A DNA stretch of 44,323 nt from Octopus bimaculoides (taxonomy: Eukaryota). Positions 1 through 13,440 of this stretch are shown here, one piece after another (the stretch's first letter is position 1; each line of letters starts with the position of its first letter). Below the pieces are notes generated by a model that was given only the letters and a program-made list of their open reading frames with translations, searched no databases and had not been told where the DNA came from. The position numbers and the translations under genes are program-made. The stretch lies in NCBI RefSeq assembly GCF_001194135.2, contig NC_068989.1:28171580-28215902 (forward strand). The letters are read 5' to 3'.

Positions 1-734
1 TCCACCCTTCCCTATTTCTTTATTTTTCACTTCACATTTTTTTAAAGTTTTTGTAGCGAAATACGTAGTAAAATACGGAGATTCTGTTTCTGAAAAAAAA
101 TAAAACTTGTTTGTAAAATTTCAATTTTTCAAAAGAAAAAAAGAACTTACCCCAACCCCCCTCCCGATTATACGGCCTTCAAGCAGGCTATCCACATGCT
201 AGAAATAATAGCAGCCAAACCTCACACAAATTTTGTTTCCTCTTAACTTTCAGAAAAATTGATATTTTTTAACAAAATTTTCGAGATGTACGCTGCGATA
301 AAATAGTGAAAGAAATATGTAATCAATCTACTATCTACACACACAAACACACAGGCACGCGCATGCATATATATATACAAACATATACAAAGCAATTCTA
401 AATTGCTTATAATCATATTCATCATTGCCTTGATTGACATCATCAACAGAGTAGTTAACGTCATCATCACTTTTATCATCGTCATCATCATCATTAACTC
501 TGCAGTGGTTACTTTTGTGTTGATATATTGAGGAACATTTGTACTAATAATATATAAATCTTCATTATCATCATCATCATCAGCAGCAGCAGCAGCAGCA
601 TCTAACATCCATGTACCTCGCAGAAGTACAAATCCTCTGGCGTGGGGTCAGCTTCATACCAGTGGACAAGAGAATAATCAATGAGGAGGAGGTGCAGTAG
701 TGCAGATTTTTGAAGAGGACCATTGTGGTTACTA

Positions 735-930
735 ATATCTAGTAGGGGAAAAGAGTAAAGGTCCCCTTTGGTCATGAATTACCATGTGATTGCATGTAGA
801 AAGTTCCCTCCAACGTAGAAGTCCAGGTAAATTTGTTTATGAAAGACCGGCAGTCACCCATGCATACCAGCCTACCCTCTCCATGCCACCAATGTTATAC
901 GAGGCAAAGACAGAGACTGATACAGCATAG
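735..930 (+). repeat. Diverged interspersed repeat, probably retroposon-derived (Octopus-type)
   Basis: GC-richer segment (GTCCCCTTTGGTCATGAATTACCATG...GACCGGCAGTCACCCATGCATACCAGCC) resembling an abundant octopus repeat as I remember it; no second copy in the window to confirm. Confidence 0.35.
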
Positions 931-2290
931 CATTCGATACAGAATATGTAGGTACTGCAATTTTTTTTTTTCAAAATCGGAATCTCCATAGCCGAAAACG
1001 TGAGTTTCCGTAAAAAAAATTATAAATTAAATGTGGAGGAGGGGTCGGGTTACGTCTTCGCCATGTGCGCCCTTCTATCTACTGCTTTATTCTTTATTCT
1101 TCTATCTAGTATTTTTTTTTCTTTATAAACTGTGAATTCCTGTCTAGAGCTTTCATACATAGTCACCTTGTCTGTGATCATGGAATACCCAGTGTATGGA
1201 GATGCTAACCTATTGCTTGGGATATCCCAGGAATAGTTGCAAGACATCCTGTAATTAATTACATAATTACCTCAAATTCACCTTACTCTAATTAGATATT
1301 CTAAATGACTTGAGATACTCGTCCAGCTTTGGTCTTTGTTTTCCTTTTTCATCTAATATATATCTGCTAGCTCCAGCCTCAGCTGTGAAATTGGAATATA
1401 ACAGATTACCAATTATAGCACTTACACAGCGTACCTATTCGCTTAAATCACCATGTGAAATAACTACACATGTACATTTATACGGGCGTGTGTGTATCCA
1501 AATTTATGTATATAGATATACATGTACATACATCCATATAAGCACATGTTATTGCCACAAAAATATGTTTATAAAAGCGGGTTAACACCAATATATATAT
1601 AGTATATACGTGAATACCATACGAAGATATAAATATAGCACAGATATACACATATTTATATATGCATATGTGCACGTACATACACACACACACACACACA
1701 TGTCTGTAAGCCTATGCATATGCGTATACATATGCACGTATACATGCATGTATGAGCATCTGCCGCTTTCAATTTACTACTAATTTTTTAATATTTTTAA
1801 CGTTTTATTGAGATTCTCATAAATTATGTCAAATTCTTTTTGCGAGTTATTTGCTGTGAAGCAATTTCACATAATACAATTGTCAAGCTGCTACCGTTGT
1901 TAAATGGAACCGCGGTAAAATCAACAACTTATTAATTTGTGAAAAATCGCTTATCGAATTTTGATCAATAAAAATATTCTTCTTCCCCAATGTAATTTAA
2001 ATATTATTCATTTCATATTTTCTTGATTAGTTTTTGTTATATTTTGGTGTTAACATTTTTAGCTAAGTCTTGTTTTTTCTAGTTTTTCCTCTATACTCTA
2101 TTCAAACAAATAAGTAGGTTTAACGTTAGATATGTTAAAATGGAATTTTGTCTTGGTACTAGACATGGTTGATACCTACGTAAAATAGTAGGTGCATGTG
2201 AATACACACATATACACTCATACATATGTGTATAGAGAGAGGCAGAGGCAGATATAAGATATATGCATTCACACAGTGATTTTTGTTTTG

Positions 2291-3558
2291 TATTTGGTCG
2301 TCAATTATGAAATTTGTAGAAAAGAAAAAGAAGTTGGCTAATGTCTTATAAATACAAGGAATAGTTTTATTCATCAAAGTATGCACCCATATCGTCAATG
2401 CACTCCTACCATTTCAGCGATAGCTTGTCCAGCCCGGAACTATAAAAGCCTGGCAATCTAGAGTCAAAATAATCTTGGTCAATCGTCGGAATTAAATTTT
2501 TTCCTATCAAAATGTTATCCTAATTCTGGAAGAAGTGGTTGTCAGTGGGGGCAAAATCAGCTGATTATGGTGGACGATGGAGAACTTCAAACTTCAAGTC
2601 CTGTAGTTTTGCCAATGTTTTGCGATGTGTGGTCTGGCGTTGTCTTGCAATAAAATAGGAGGGGATCTGTTGACTAATCTAGGCTGGTTTTGTTTTTGCA
2701 AGTTTCTGCATGATTTGGTCCAGTTGACTTCAGTATACTTCGGCCATGATTGATGTGCCAGGTTTAATGAAATCATAATGGATCACACCTGCGCCATACC
2801 ACCGAACACACACAATCAGCTTCTTTTGATGGATTTTGCTTTTTGGACTGTGTTTTCGTGGCTCCTCTTTGTCGAACCATTGTGCTGGATGTTTACGGTT
2901 GTATCGGATCCATTTCTCATCACATGTTACAATTCAACTTCAAAATGATTCATTTCTGTGACGAGAAGTAGCATAATGCAGGCTTCCAAACATTGGAGGC
3001 TTCCAAGCCTTCATGCGGAACCCACTTATCCAGCTTTTTCACTTTACCGATTTGAACTAGGTGAGTCAATATTGTTTGCTAGCTAACACCAAACAACAAC
3101 GATAATTCACGGGCACTTAGAGATGGATCTGACTCGACGGTGGCTTTCAGATCGTCATTATCCACCTTTGTTTCTGGTCAACCGCGTTGCTCATTTGTGA
3201 GGTCAAAGTTACCAGAACGAAATTTTGCAAACCAATTTTATACTGTCTGCTGTGTAATAACATTAGAATGAAATACTCCATTAAAATTCCGAGCTGTCTG
3301 TGATGCTGCATTTCCAATAAAGAACTCATATTTCAAAGCTGTACGAATTTCCGATTTATCCATCTCTAAACAAAAATTGCCAAACAAAATGATTTATAAA
3401 TACTTTATAAAGCGCAAAATGAGTTAGAATAAGGAAATAGATGTGCCAGCTTTCTAGCAAAAAATAAAGATTGTCAAAATATAATAATGGCGCAAAATGA
3501 GCAGCTGTCAAAATTTGCCATATCCCTTACTACAAATTTCATACTTAACGTCCTAATA
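2291..3558 (-). mobile_element. Full-length but inactivated mariner (Tc1/mariner) DNA transposon, about 1.27 kb
   Basis: TIRs TATTTGGTCGTCAATTATGAAATTTGTAG (2291-2319) and reverse complement of 3530-3558 match at 25/29, TA at both ends. Minus strand encodes stop-broken mariner motifs: HTH region TARNFNGVF..TV*NWFAKFRSGNFDLTNE, ILLQDNARPH, and PP*SADFAPTDNHFF (PPYSPDLAPxDY-like). Confidence 0.9.
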
Positions 3559-5243
3559 TATTTTGTCCTGTTTATAAGGACAGTGCGCCTGTATATGTCT
3601 GAGTGTATCTGTTAGCTGGGCACAGAAGCCTCTCGCAGTGGAAACGTTATAAATCATTCTCTCAGCTCTCTTTAGATTATTCTGTTGATGGAACTAAATC
3701 GTCTTTGTTTGTTTTCTTGTCTCCTTTTTCGGATTTTGCCGTTTAAACATCTGAGTGCTGTTGATATTATTTACACTTACACGAATACACTCAGATAAAT
3801 ATACAAGAATGTTCACTACAACAAACACTCAACTAAATGCGTATGAATACAGACCATTTCTAACATGCTTGGCAACAAATGACAACATGCAATAATCATA
3901 ACATGTTTGACAATGGAGAGTTTATCAGATGCATTTGCAGATGTATAACGAAAATTTTTATGTACATGTATAGGTATGTACGTACGTGTACATAGTAATC
4001 TGATATACATCTGATATATGTGAAAAAACATAAATATATAAACATATAAAGATATGCACAGAAGCATTTCTTCTATAGCTGTGAGTTCTTTGGTTTGTAC
4101 GAGAGGGTGCACGAGTACGAAGCGAGAATCAATAAGTGGACTGGAAAGTCTATTTGTTTAAATGGAATGGTCTAAGTTATACTAGCAGATTAAAAGGCAT
4201 CGCTTGGGGAAGGAATATCAGAAAAAAAGACAAAATTGAAAGTGCAGTCATAAATAACATCTAAGCAGTGATATGTATTTTATAGCAGAGATACAGGTAA
4301 CTGTATTCTGACTTGCATAATATATGTAGGGATTGTTATAAGATGATATTCTGGAATACGGAAAATTTACTTTCAATATACAAGCAAGAACACAAAGTTT
4401 TGTAATAAAAGATAATGACTCATCTGTGAAAAGTAATCTACACTTTTGGGTGAGAAGTATGCAAGTACACAAGGAAATTGAATTTCATTAGCAAACACTC
4501 TAATTTTCATATCCGTCGACGAGCTCTTCGTACCATGCCACTTGTAAAACATTACCAAAGACATTCTTTTTCGGATAACGTTCACCCTTTAATATAATAT
4601 ATTAACCCTACTTATATTGTGTTCTAGAACAGAGAATGCCAATAAGTATCAAAATCAAGATATTCGAGAGAAAATGCTACGAAAACATTTTCACGAATAT
4701 TCCGTTGTGAAATTTGAAAAATGTTAAAGGTTAATGGCGTTTCTCTCTTAATGCATATTAATTGAGGGCTGAACACAATCTGATGATGTGCATTCGTTGG
4801 TAATCAATCATGTGTATACAAATGAAATGATTGCATAAGATGATATTATATGTAATCAACAGGTTAATCAGTTCAACTTTGGTGGATCACTTAGAACAGG
4901 CAGTAAATTCTAACGTTCAAAAGGGAATGAGCATCACAATATATGTTTGCATGTGTGCGTGTATGTGTGTTTGTGTGTGTATATATATATGTATATCTAT
5001 GTATATAACTTTATATATATANNNNNNNNNNNNNNNNNNNNNNNNNNNNNNNNNNNNNNNNNNNNNNNNNNNNNNNNNNNNNNNNNNNNNNNNNNNNNNN
5101 NNNNNNNNNNNNNNNNNNNNNNNNNNNNNNNNNNNNNNNNNNNNNNNNNNNNNNNNNNNNNNNNNNNNNNNNNNNNNNNNNNNNNNNNNNNNNNNNNNNN
5201 NNNNNNNNNNNNNNNNNNNNNNNNNNNNNNNNNNNNNNNNNNN

Positions 5244-5305
<62 letters not shown>

Positions 5306-6591
5306 AAAATTTATTTCCCAACGTAAAATAACATTCCTGTTTTAGGACGAATGTTACTCCAGCTGGCTTTTAACGAGCTAACTGTGTCCTTATATTTTCG
5401 AACAAGGGAGCTAGTGTCCCCACTCAGCTCAAAGCAATATCTATGAGCCAATGTTTTCTGAGTTATTTCCCTTCATCAGCACAGAATAATTGCTTCGCTA
5501 GTTATGGTGACACTCGTTCTTGTACGAAGTATACACTTTTCAAAGTGGCACATATACACTGATCTCATAAATAGAAAACCTATTAGTTCTAAATCTCTGA
5601 ACATGCATATTTTCTCTTGCTTTTTCCCCTCTCTCCATCTGCTTTCTCTCGTCATTGCTTTATGTAGAAGAGTGTAAGCTTGAAACGTCAAAGACTTCTC
5701 CAGTATTAAAATTTGATATGGACTTTTTGTGGACATGATCAGTCTTAGACAGTAATGTTCATTCTTTAATCTAATATAGTGGGGAAATAATATTAGAAAG
5801 TGAAGGAATGCTATTTTTGGACATATTGTAATGGTCATGAATGCTCTTATTGTCAGGATATAAATACTGGTAGATTTAAAGATCTTGTCACAAATGGGAT
5901 GATGTCGAGTTAAAGTTTTTCAACATTAGATGTAGATTCAGGTTAACCTGATTAGTCTGGTTTTAAAAATTAAAAAAGTGAAAGGGTTAAGGGTTGAAAT
6001 TTTAACTCAAGTTACAATTTCTAAAATTAGCATTAAAGTAAACTAAAATATAGAGGATTAGAATAAATTTGCAGAGTAATGTGTTATATCAAATCAAATA
6101 TGATGAGGTGACACCATAAACATCAACAACATCGATATCAATAGTACCAATATTATCAATATCAATATCAATAATATTAATAAAATAGCACTGGGATAAA
6201 CTTCCAAATTAATGACAGAAATAGCAATATCAATAACCATGGGGTAAAAATAACACAACGATAATAGGGTAATGGTCCCAATAGAATGAAAGAGAAAAAT
6301 TAACAGGATAAATAAAATAGGATCAATAAATAGCCATTCCTACAGTGTTCTGCTTGTTATAACTAGAAATAGCTCTGACGGAAGTAGTACTAATTTTCTT
6401 AGGTCGTTCAATTTGTCTCAATTGATCAAAACCAACTGAGTAACTTTTCAGTGATGTATCTATGATATACATTATTGATAATGTAGTGGAAACAGCTGTA
6501 CGCCAAATTTGCTCAGATAAAGGAATGATGTGTAATGGCTATAATTTTTAATGTGTTTCTTTTATATATACACACACACACACACACACAC

Positions 6592-6643
<52 letters not shown>

Positions 6644-7269
6644 GTGTGTGTGTGTTCCAGGATGATACAAAAAATTTAAAGAAACAAAAGATAGAGACAG
6701 GTGAGGGAACAACAAACAGAGTAGTTTGACGCTCAAGAAAAATACGCATCTTTGATGTTTCGAGCCTACATAAAGGAATGAGAGAAAAGAGACGGAGAGA
6801 GGGGGAAAGTGAGAGAAAATACACACAAATAATTGTGGGGAGGGGGTTATAAGATAAATGCTTTCTTTGGCTATCAGCTGTTTTGACTCTTATTTCTAGC
6901 CATGCTGCTGCTGACTTGTGCCCTTTGTTGCTTTAGTGACGTCTATATTTCCATTTGCTGGTTGTAAATTGAGAGTAAGCCGCCCTCATTTTATATTATA
7001 AAAAATATCATATATATGTATATTAATTCATAAAAGAATATACGGATAAATATCACGTTAATGAGTTTTATCAAGTAGTCAGCATGCTATAAAAATTTAC
7101 AGGCAATTAATACATTAAAGTAATAATAATGTACATATGTATATAATTATATCAAGGGAGCTAGGGCGAAAACGACTTGTCTCCTGCATGTTTGAAGTGC
7201 CGATACCTTCAAAAAACTACCAAAAACTCCAACTAAATATACACATGGCTGAAAGCGGGCTAGTGAGAC

Positions 7270-8520
7270 AAAAATTAAAAAGACCTCACAGAAATGGAAA
7301 CGAAAATTGAGAAAATCAGAAGAGTGAAGAAGCTAATGAAGTCAAAGCTAAATGGTCTGAATCTAGTGAAGGCTGTAAATACATGGGTAGTATCATTACT
7401 TAGACACTCAGAAACTTTTGTAGATTGGATAAAAACTGAATTAGCAAAGCTAGACCGAAGAGATAGGAAGGAACTCAATATGAATGGAGGACTTCACCCA
7501 AGGGTAGGAATAAAAAGATTATACCTACTTAGAAAGACAGATGGAAGAGGGCTAATATCAGTGGAAGACCACGTGGAGTTTGCTACAGTAGATATAGACT
7601 CCTGTGTAAGTAATAGTGAAGAAAGTTTATTAAAAGCTGTTGGAGTCACAGCAAGACATAGGGAAACCAATACACCAAGCGAACTTAAACACCAGAAAAA
7701 AGAACAGGAATTATCTGACTGACAGGAGAATGCGTTGCAAGGATTCCCAAAGATAGTTTCAGCAAATAGTAGTAGTGAGACATGGTTATGGCTGCAGAAT
7801 AGAAAGCTGAGGAGGGAGACAAAGTTTGTTAGCAGCTGCACAAGATCAAGTATTAAGGACTAATTGGATAAGAGCCAAAATAGACCAAAAGCGAAAAGCG
7901 TTACTCATATAGCAAGTGAATGTAGAATGCTGGCACAGAAAGAATACAAGAAAAGACATGACAAACGAGGAAGAGCAATCCAGTGGGAGCTCTGTAGAAA
8001 GCTATGATTTGAACATACTGATAAATAGTATGAACATGAACCTAGTAAAGTACAACAAAGTAAGAAGTAGAAGATGTTGTGGAACTTTAACAGACTGACA
8101 GAGTAATAGAAGCTAGAAGGCCTGATTTAATAGCAGTAAATAAATAAAGTGCCAGATAATTGACTTTCCAGTCCGAAAATGCTGAAAAATTAATATGAGA
8201 AGTATAGAAAAAATAGCAAACTACAAGGACCTAGCTATTGAATTACAGAAAGTGCGGGTAAAACGTATCCCAGCAATTATAGGTGCACTGAGAACTATCC
8301 CTAAAGATGTGAACTGATGAACAGAAGAAATAGGCATAAAACCCAGTTTAGTACAGCTGCAGAAAAAGTGTTATTAGGGACAGCTAGGATGCTTAGGAGG
8401 GTTTTTGGCATCTAAGGTTAATTACTGTGGCCCGATAAGAGGGTTCTTGGCATATAAGGCAACTTGTTGTAGCTCGATGTTAGGATTCTTTTCTTTTCCA
8501 ATAGTCTAATCTGTTGAGTG
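7270..8520 (+). mobile_element. R4/Dong-clade RLE non-LTR retrotransposon, 3' fragment (copy A)
   Basis: ORF 7294-7722 (LNGLNLVKAVNTWVVSLLR...LHPRVGIKRLYLLRKTDGRGLISVED) is the post-RT region typical of this clade. Downstream frameshifted RPDLIAV / KYKDLAIEL endonuclease motifs, ending in a degenerate (TAA/TGA)n tail. Confidence 0.8.
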
Positions 8521-8616
8521 TATATGAATAGTAATGATGATGATGATGANNNNNNNNNNNNNNNNNNNNNNNNNNNNNNNGAGGAGGAGGAGGAGGAGAA
8601 GGAGGAGGATAATAAT

Positions 8617-9204
8617 AAGGAATATATTCACAGACACGACAGAGCTGGGACCTATATACACTATGGAATAACAACAGAAAAAAGATGGTATAAACATACG
8701 CCAGAAAAGGTCACAGAAAACGAGAAAGCAACCATACTCTGGGATATGCCAATACACACAGATAGAGAAATCAAGGCCAATAGACCAGATATAGTTGTCA
8801 AAAATCATGAAGGAAAAATGCTTTCTAATTGATGTATCAATACCAGCAGATGACAACGTTTCCCAAAAAGAAATGGAGAAACTTTCAAAATATAAAGACC
8901 TGGAAATAGAGGTAACTCGAATGTGGAATCCAAAAACAGAAACAATTCCTATCATAGTAAGCGCCTTAGGTATAAAAAAAAAAATATTCAGATAAATACA
9001 TAACAAAAACACCAGGACTTACAGATATATATAACATACAGAAAATTGCAATACTGGGAACTGCACACATCCTACGCAAAACACTTTCAATACAGTAACC
9101 ATAAGAGCATCACAGCAAACCACACCACATAGCCAAGGCACACAGAGCTGCGCTCGGTAGTGAAATGAAAGCACGTTATAAAAATAAAACTACTGAATAA
9201 TAAC

Positions 9205-9266
<62 letters not shown>
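8617..9266 (+). mobile_element. R4/Dong-clade element, 5'-truncated 3' end with (TAA)n tail (copy B)
   Basis: ILWDMPIHTDREIKANRPDIVV and CFLIDVSIPADDNVSQKEMEKLSKYKDLEIEVTRMW (restriction-like endonuclease PD..D/ExK motif), then 3' UTR and (AAT)n at 9197-9266. Confidence 0.9.
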
Positions 9267-9269
<3 letters not shown>

Positions 9270-10310
9270 CACAACTAATACAAATAGCCACAAAACACAA
9301 ACAAAACGAAAAACTGTTTTCAGTCTTTAATGAAGCTGACAGATACAAAATGAAGTTGTAGTACCTAAGAATTATGAAGAAAAAGAAGAAACAACGAATG
9401 CTGTAAAACAAATGAAATCCAAACTAAAACGATGGCAAGAAAAGCCCCTACATGGTAAATACTGGGCTAAACTAAATGCAAAAGAAATAGACAGAAAAAA
9501 ATCCCAGCAACGGTTGAGAAGCTCGACTCAAAGAAGAGACTGAAAGATTTTTAATTGCTGCACAAGACCAAAGCCTTCTCACCAGAAATTACCAAAAACA
9601 TATAATGAAAAGAAACATAACAAGTAACTGTAGAATATGTGGAGATGGACAAGAAACAATAAATCATATTGTCTCTGACTGCCCAATCCTGGTTAAGAAG
9701 GAATATATTCGCAGAGACGACAGAGTTGGTACCTATATACACTGGAAGCTATGCTAACACTGGAATAACCACAGAAGAAAGCACACACCAGAAAAGGTCA
9801 CAGAAAACGAGAAAGCAACCATACACTTCGTTATTCAATACACACTTATAGAGAAATTAAGGCCAATAGGCCGGATGTAGTTGTCAGAGATTACTAAGAA
9901 AAAATGCTTTCTAATCGATATATCAATACCAAAAGATGACATTTTCTCTAAAAGAAACGAAGAAACTTTCAAAATACAAAGATCTGGAAATAGATGTAAT
10001 TCGGATGTGAGGTCTAAAACAGAAACAATTCCTATCATAGTAGCCGCATTAAGTATGATAAAAAATATTCAGACAAATACATAACAAAAATTCCAGAACT
10101 AGCAAGTATATATAACATACAGAAAATAACACTACTAGGTACCTCACTCATCCTACGTAGAACGCTTTCAAAACAGTAAGAATAAGATCATCACAACAAA
10201 CCACAGCACATACCCATGGCATGCGGAGCTGCGTTCGGTAGTGCAGGGAAGGTACGTGATAAAAAAATAAGTCTATTGAATAATGATAATAATAATAATA
10301 ATAATAATAA
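9267..10310 (+). mobile_element. R4/Dong-clade element, 5'-truncated (copy C)
   Basis: C-x2-C-x8-H-x4-C knuckle CRICGDGQETINHIVSDC at 9629-9682, RPDVVV..CFLIDISIP endonuclease motif, 3' UTR similar to copy B, (TAA)n tail at 10279-10310. Confidence 0.9.
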
Positions 10311-10486
10311 CGTTTCTCTAAAAGAAATGGAAAAACTTTCAAAATACAAAGACCTGGAAATAGAGATAACTCGAATGTGGAATCTAAAAACAGAAACAAT
10401 TCCTATCATAGTAGGTGCCTTAGGTATAATAAAAAAATATTCAGACAAATACATAACAAAAACACCAGGACTTACAAATATATATA
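10311..10486 (+). mobile_element. R4/Dong-clade element, short 5'-truncated piece running into an N gap (copy D)
   Basis: VSLKEMEKLSKYKDLEIEITRMWNLKTETIPIIVGALGII, near-identical to copy B; starts directly after the (TAA)n tail of copy C. Confidence 0.85.
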
Positions 10487-10742
10487 NNNNNNNNNNNNNN
10501 NNNNNNNNNNNNNNNNNNNNNNNNNNNNNNNNNNNNNNNNNNNNNNNNNNNNNNNNNNNNNNNNNNNNNNNNNNNNNNNNNNNNNNNNNNNNNNNNNNNN
10601 NNNNNNNNNNNNNNNNNNNNNNNNNNNNNNNNNNNNNNNNNNNNNNNNNNNNNNNNNNNNNNNNNNNNNNNNNNNNNNNNNNNNNNNNNNNNNNNNNNNN
10701 NNNNNNNNNNNNNNNNNNNNNACGACAACGACAACGACAACG

Positions 10743-10775
<33 letters not shown>

Positions 10776-10822
10776 GCAACAACAACAGCAACAACAACAA
10801 CAATAATAATAATAATAATAAT

Positions 10823-11630
10823 ACGGATAAGAAAGTAGAAGAGATGATAAATAAAATGCCAAACTGGAAAGCCCCAGACCAGAAAGTGCCCGAGGTTCCT
10901 GCTGAAAAATCTCTCAAATATACACAGTTAGATACAACCATTCTCTACTCACTGCATAGAAGATGAAACACCAACGTGGATGGCAAAAGGACGGGCAATA
11001 TTGATACAGGAGCACAAAGAAATGAGAGGGGCATTCAGCAATTATAAACCCATTACTAGCTTACAGTTACTCTAAAATCTATCAACTGACCTCATAACAT
11101 ATGAAATATATCATTTCCTAGAAAAGGAGAATCTATTGCCAGAGGTGCCAAAAGGATGTGTGTAGAAATCAAAGAAATCAAGGGGAACTGCTGATTTGCT
11201 ATATATAGATAGCAGAACATTAAATGAAGTACGAGTAAAGAAGATTTTAGCTGTTGGAAGGATAGATTACAAGAAGACTTATGACAGTGTCCCACACAGC
11301 TGGCACTTTATAGTGTCTGAAGAGAAAGCAATGAGAGTGTGAAAAGTAGAACAGACGTGTGCAAATGAATCGCTCGATAATGTGAAAATGCGCATGCGCA
11401 TTTCCTGAGAGTTTCAGTATCTCCGTTACACTTAGTCATTGCGCTAATCCCTCTGACAAGTATACTGAGAAAATCCAGTATACTTGTCAAAAGGATTAGC
11501 ACAATCCAAAACTTAAATGAGAATAAATTACCCACTTTATATGGATGGCCTCAAGCTATATACATAAAAAAAATGAGACAAACCTAGATTCACTGATCCA
11601 AACATTGAGAGCATTCAGATTTGGACTCAG
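10823..11630 (+). mobile_element. R4/Dong-clade reverse transcriptase relic (copy E)
   Basis: Frameshifted RT motifs: MPNWKAP, NYKPIT, ENLLPE.PKGC, RIDYKKTYDSVPHSW, SPL..VIALIPLT and LYMDGLKLY (YMDD-like). Preceded by a (CAA)n(TAA)n tract. Confidence 0.8.
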
Positions 11631-12360
11631 GATTTAAACGTGGATAGCGCAGACTTAATTAAAGCAGTTACAAACATAAACATCACCAACTTAAATACAG
11701 TAATATATGCAGCAGCCTGTGAGAAATCCCAGCAGATCGACTCAAATAGGGATGGTATTGAAACCCAAGCAAACAACATGGAAAACAAATATTCTTAAAA
11801 AAGAAAATAGAAAAAAAAGGCCTATTAATCCTTAATGAATACAACAAAATACAATACAAGAGAACTGGAAAAAATGGAAAGATAGAACAAATATCACAAA
11901 ATGATGTACCTGAAACCAAAATCGTGAGATCTTTGCAAAATCCAAAGAATTTATCGGTATGAAAAAGACCAACAGTTGTTTGAACACAACATCTTCCTAC
12001 AATCTATAAAACCTTATGTGCAATAAGGATGGACAAGCATCTAGAAGAAAGCACCCCGTTTCCAGAAGAACAAAGGAATGCTGTAAAGACACATGGTGGC
12101 AGAGACCAACAAAGTTACAACCGAAGATTGTTGAAAGGAAATAATAGATCTGAGCATAACATGGATTGAATACTGGAAGGTTTTAATGATATACCCAACA
12201 CGTACAGCCTGGAAATTCTAGTCATAAGTAAGAGAGCATCAATAATAAGAAGACACATGAAATGTATCATCAGTAAATGACAAACGCTTTCGCAGTTGCA
12301 GACAAAAAAGAGGTACCATAAAAACTAAAATCGCCTCTATTAGAAAAGAAATATTCCAAA
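11630..12360 (+). mobile_element. R4/Dong-like pre-RT ORF relic (fragment F)
   Basis: ITNLNTVIYAAA and IYRYEKDQQLFE-like segments resemble the region upstream of RT in this clade; heavily degraded. Confidence 0.5.
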
Positions 12361-12469
12361 GGTACACACTTTACCTCCCTCTCTTTCTCTCTCTCTTTCT
12401 TTCTTTCTCTTCGTCTCTCTCTCTTTCACTCTCTCCCTTTCTCTTGCTCTCCCCCTCTACTCATTTTCC

Positions 12470-13200
12470 TGTTTGGAATGATGCCTTTAGCTGACGTATT
12501 AAAAAGAACTAGATATAGATGCGAATGTATTATAGCAAAGCAATAATCTATCTTTTGTATATGCATAATCTGAAGTGGAATGATAAACAGCTCAAAGCAT
12601 CACTGCAGGCATTACTTGAACTTAAAGAAATTAATATAAGATTCGGCCCACAAAATGGCCTTAGCATTTGGAGAGATCCTGAAATAAGTGAATTAGAGCA
12701 AAAATATGCATGCAAATACAGAGGAATCAATGAACTAGACCTTGTATAATACATACAAATGAAAGAAAACATTGGAAAGTAATATTTTTGTCGCATTAGA
12801 TTAATAACAAACACAGAGTGAAATGCAAAAAATAAGATAATAGGCATATATCTTCAAATAATATGCCACAATTACATTCTCCATTAGATGCTGAATGAAC
12901 TAGTAAGGCTTCATAGGAAAACCAGGAAAATAATGATTCACTTAAAAAACATAACCCAAAATCTGACTCTGAAAGACTGTATTCCCCATAAATGCAATTC
13001 TAAGGTAAGGACCTTAGAACAATTATCTACTGTAGGACTACAAAACTATTAATACAAAGAGCTACGAAACCTAAGCAAAGTAAAAACTATTTTCTGTTTT
13101 CAAAGGAGCTAACTAATATAAACAGATGTTGCAAGAAAAAAATAACTATGAAGTAAAAGTGAGTCCACAGGGATCATAAAACGGCTAAAAATCTAAGAAT
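12470..13200 (+). mobile_element. R4/Dong-like RT and post-RT relic (fragment G)
   Basis: MMPLADVLKRT, IIYLLYMHNLK (INHLLYMDDLK-like), INIRFGPQ, and later RKTRKIM...PKSDSERLY.P. Confidence 0.65.
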
Positions 13201-13440
13201 ATCATGGTAAAAGTAGCAGAAAATAAGTTTATAGTATCTGATTTGGCAATAAGGAGTAGCTGTTGAGTTGGCTACAATGTGTAATAGGTGTACGTACTGC
13301 GACTAATACGTGAGACGTACATGTTAATGGTTCTATTCTAACCTTTTCACAAATTTGTGCATATTTTGTCTAAAGGAATACAATATTTAGAAAAATTTTA
13401 GCAGGAAAGAATAATGAAGTTATTACTAACTTAATCATTA

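Noticed and set aside
243-608. 121-aa ORF with poly-Ala/poly-Asp
   Set aside because: It reads through degenerate (CAT)n(CAG)n and (CA/TA)n tracts; no domain or splice support.
1-1050. Loose inverted similarity between about 20-100 and 960-1045 (possible TIR pair)
   Set aside because: Only one short block matches well, much of the match is poly-T/A, and the left end lies outside the window, so no TSD can be tested.
5820-5910. Cys motif CNGHECSYCQDINTGRFKDLVT resembling the PLE pre-GIY-YIG region
   Set aside because: Too short and not followed by recognisable GIY-YIG residues.
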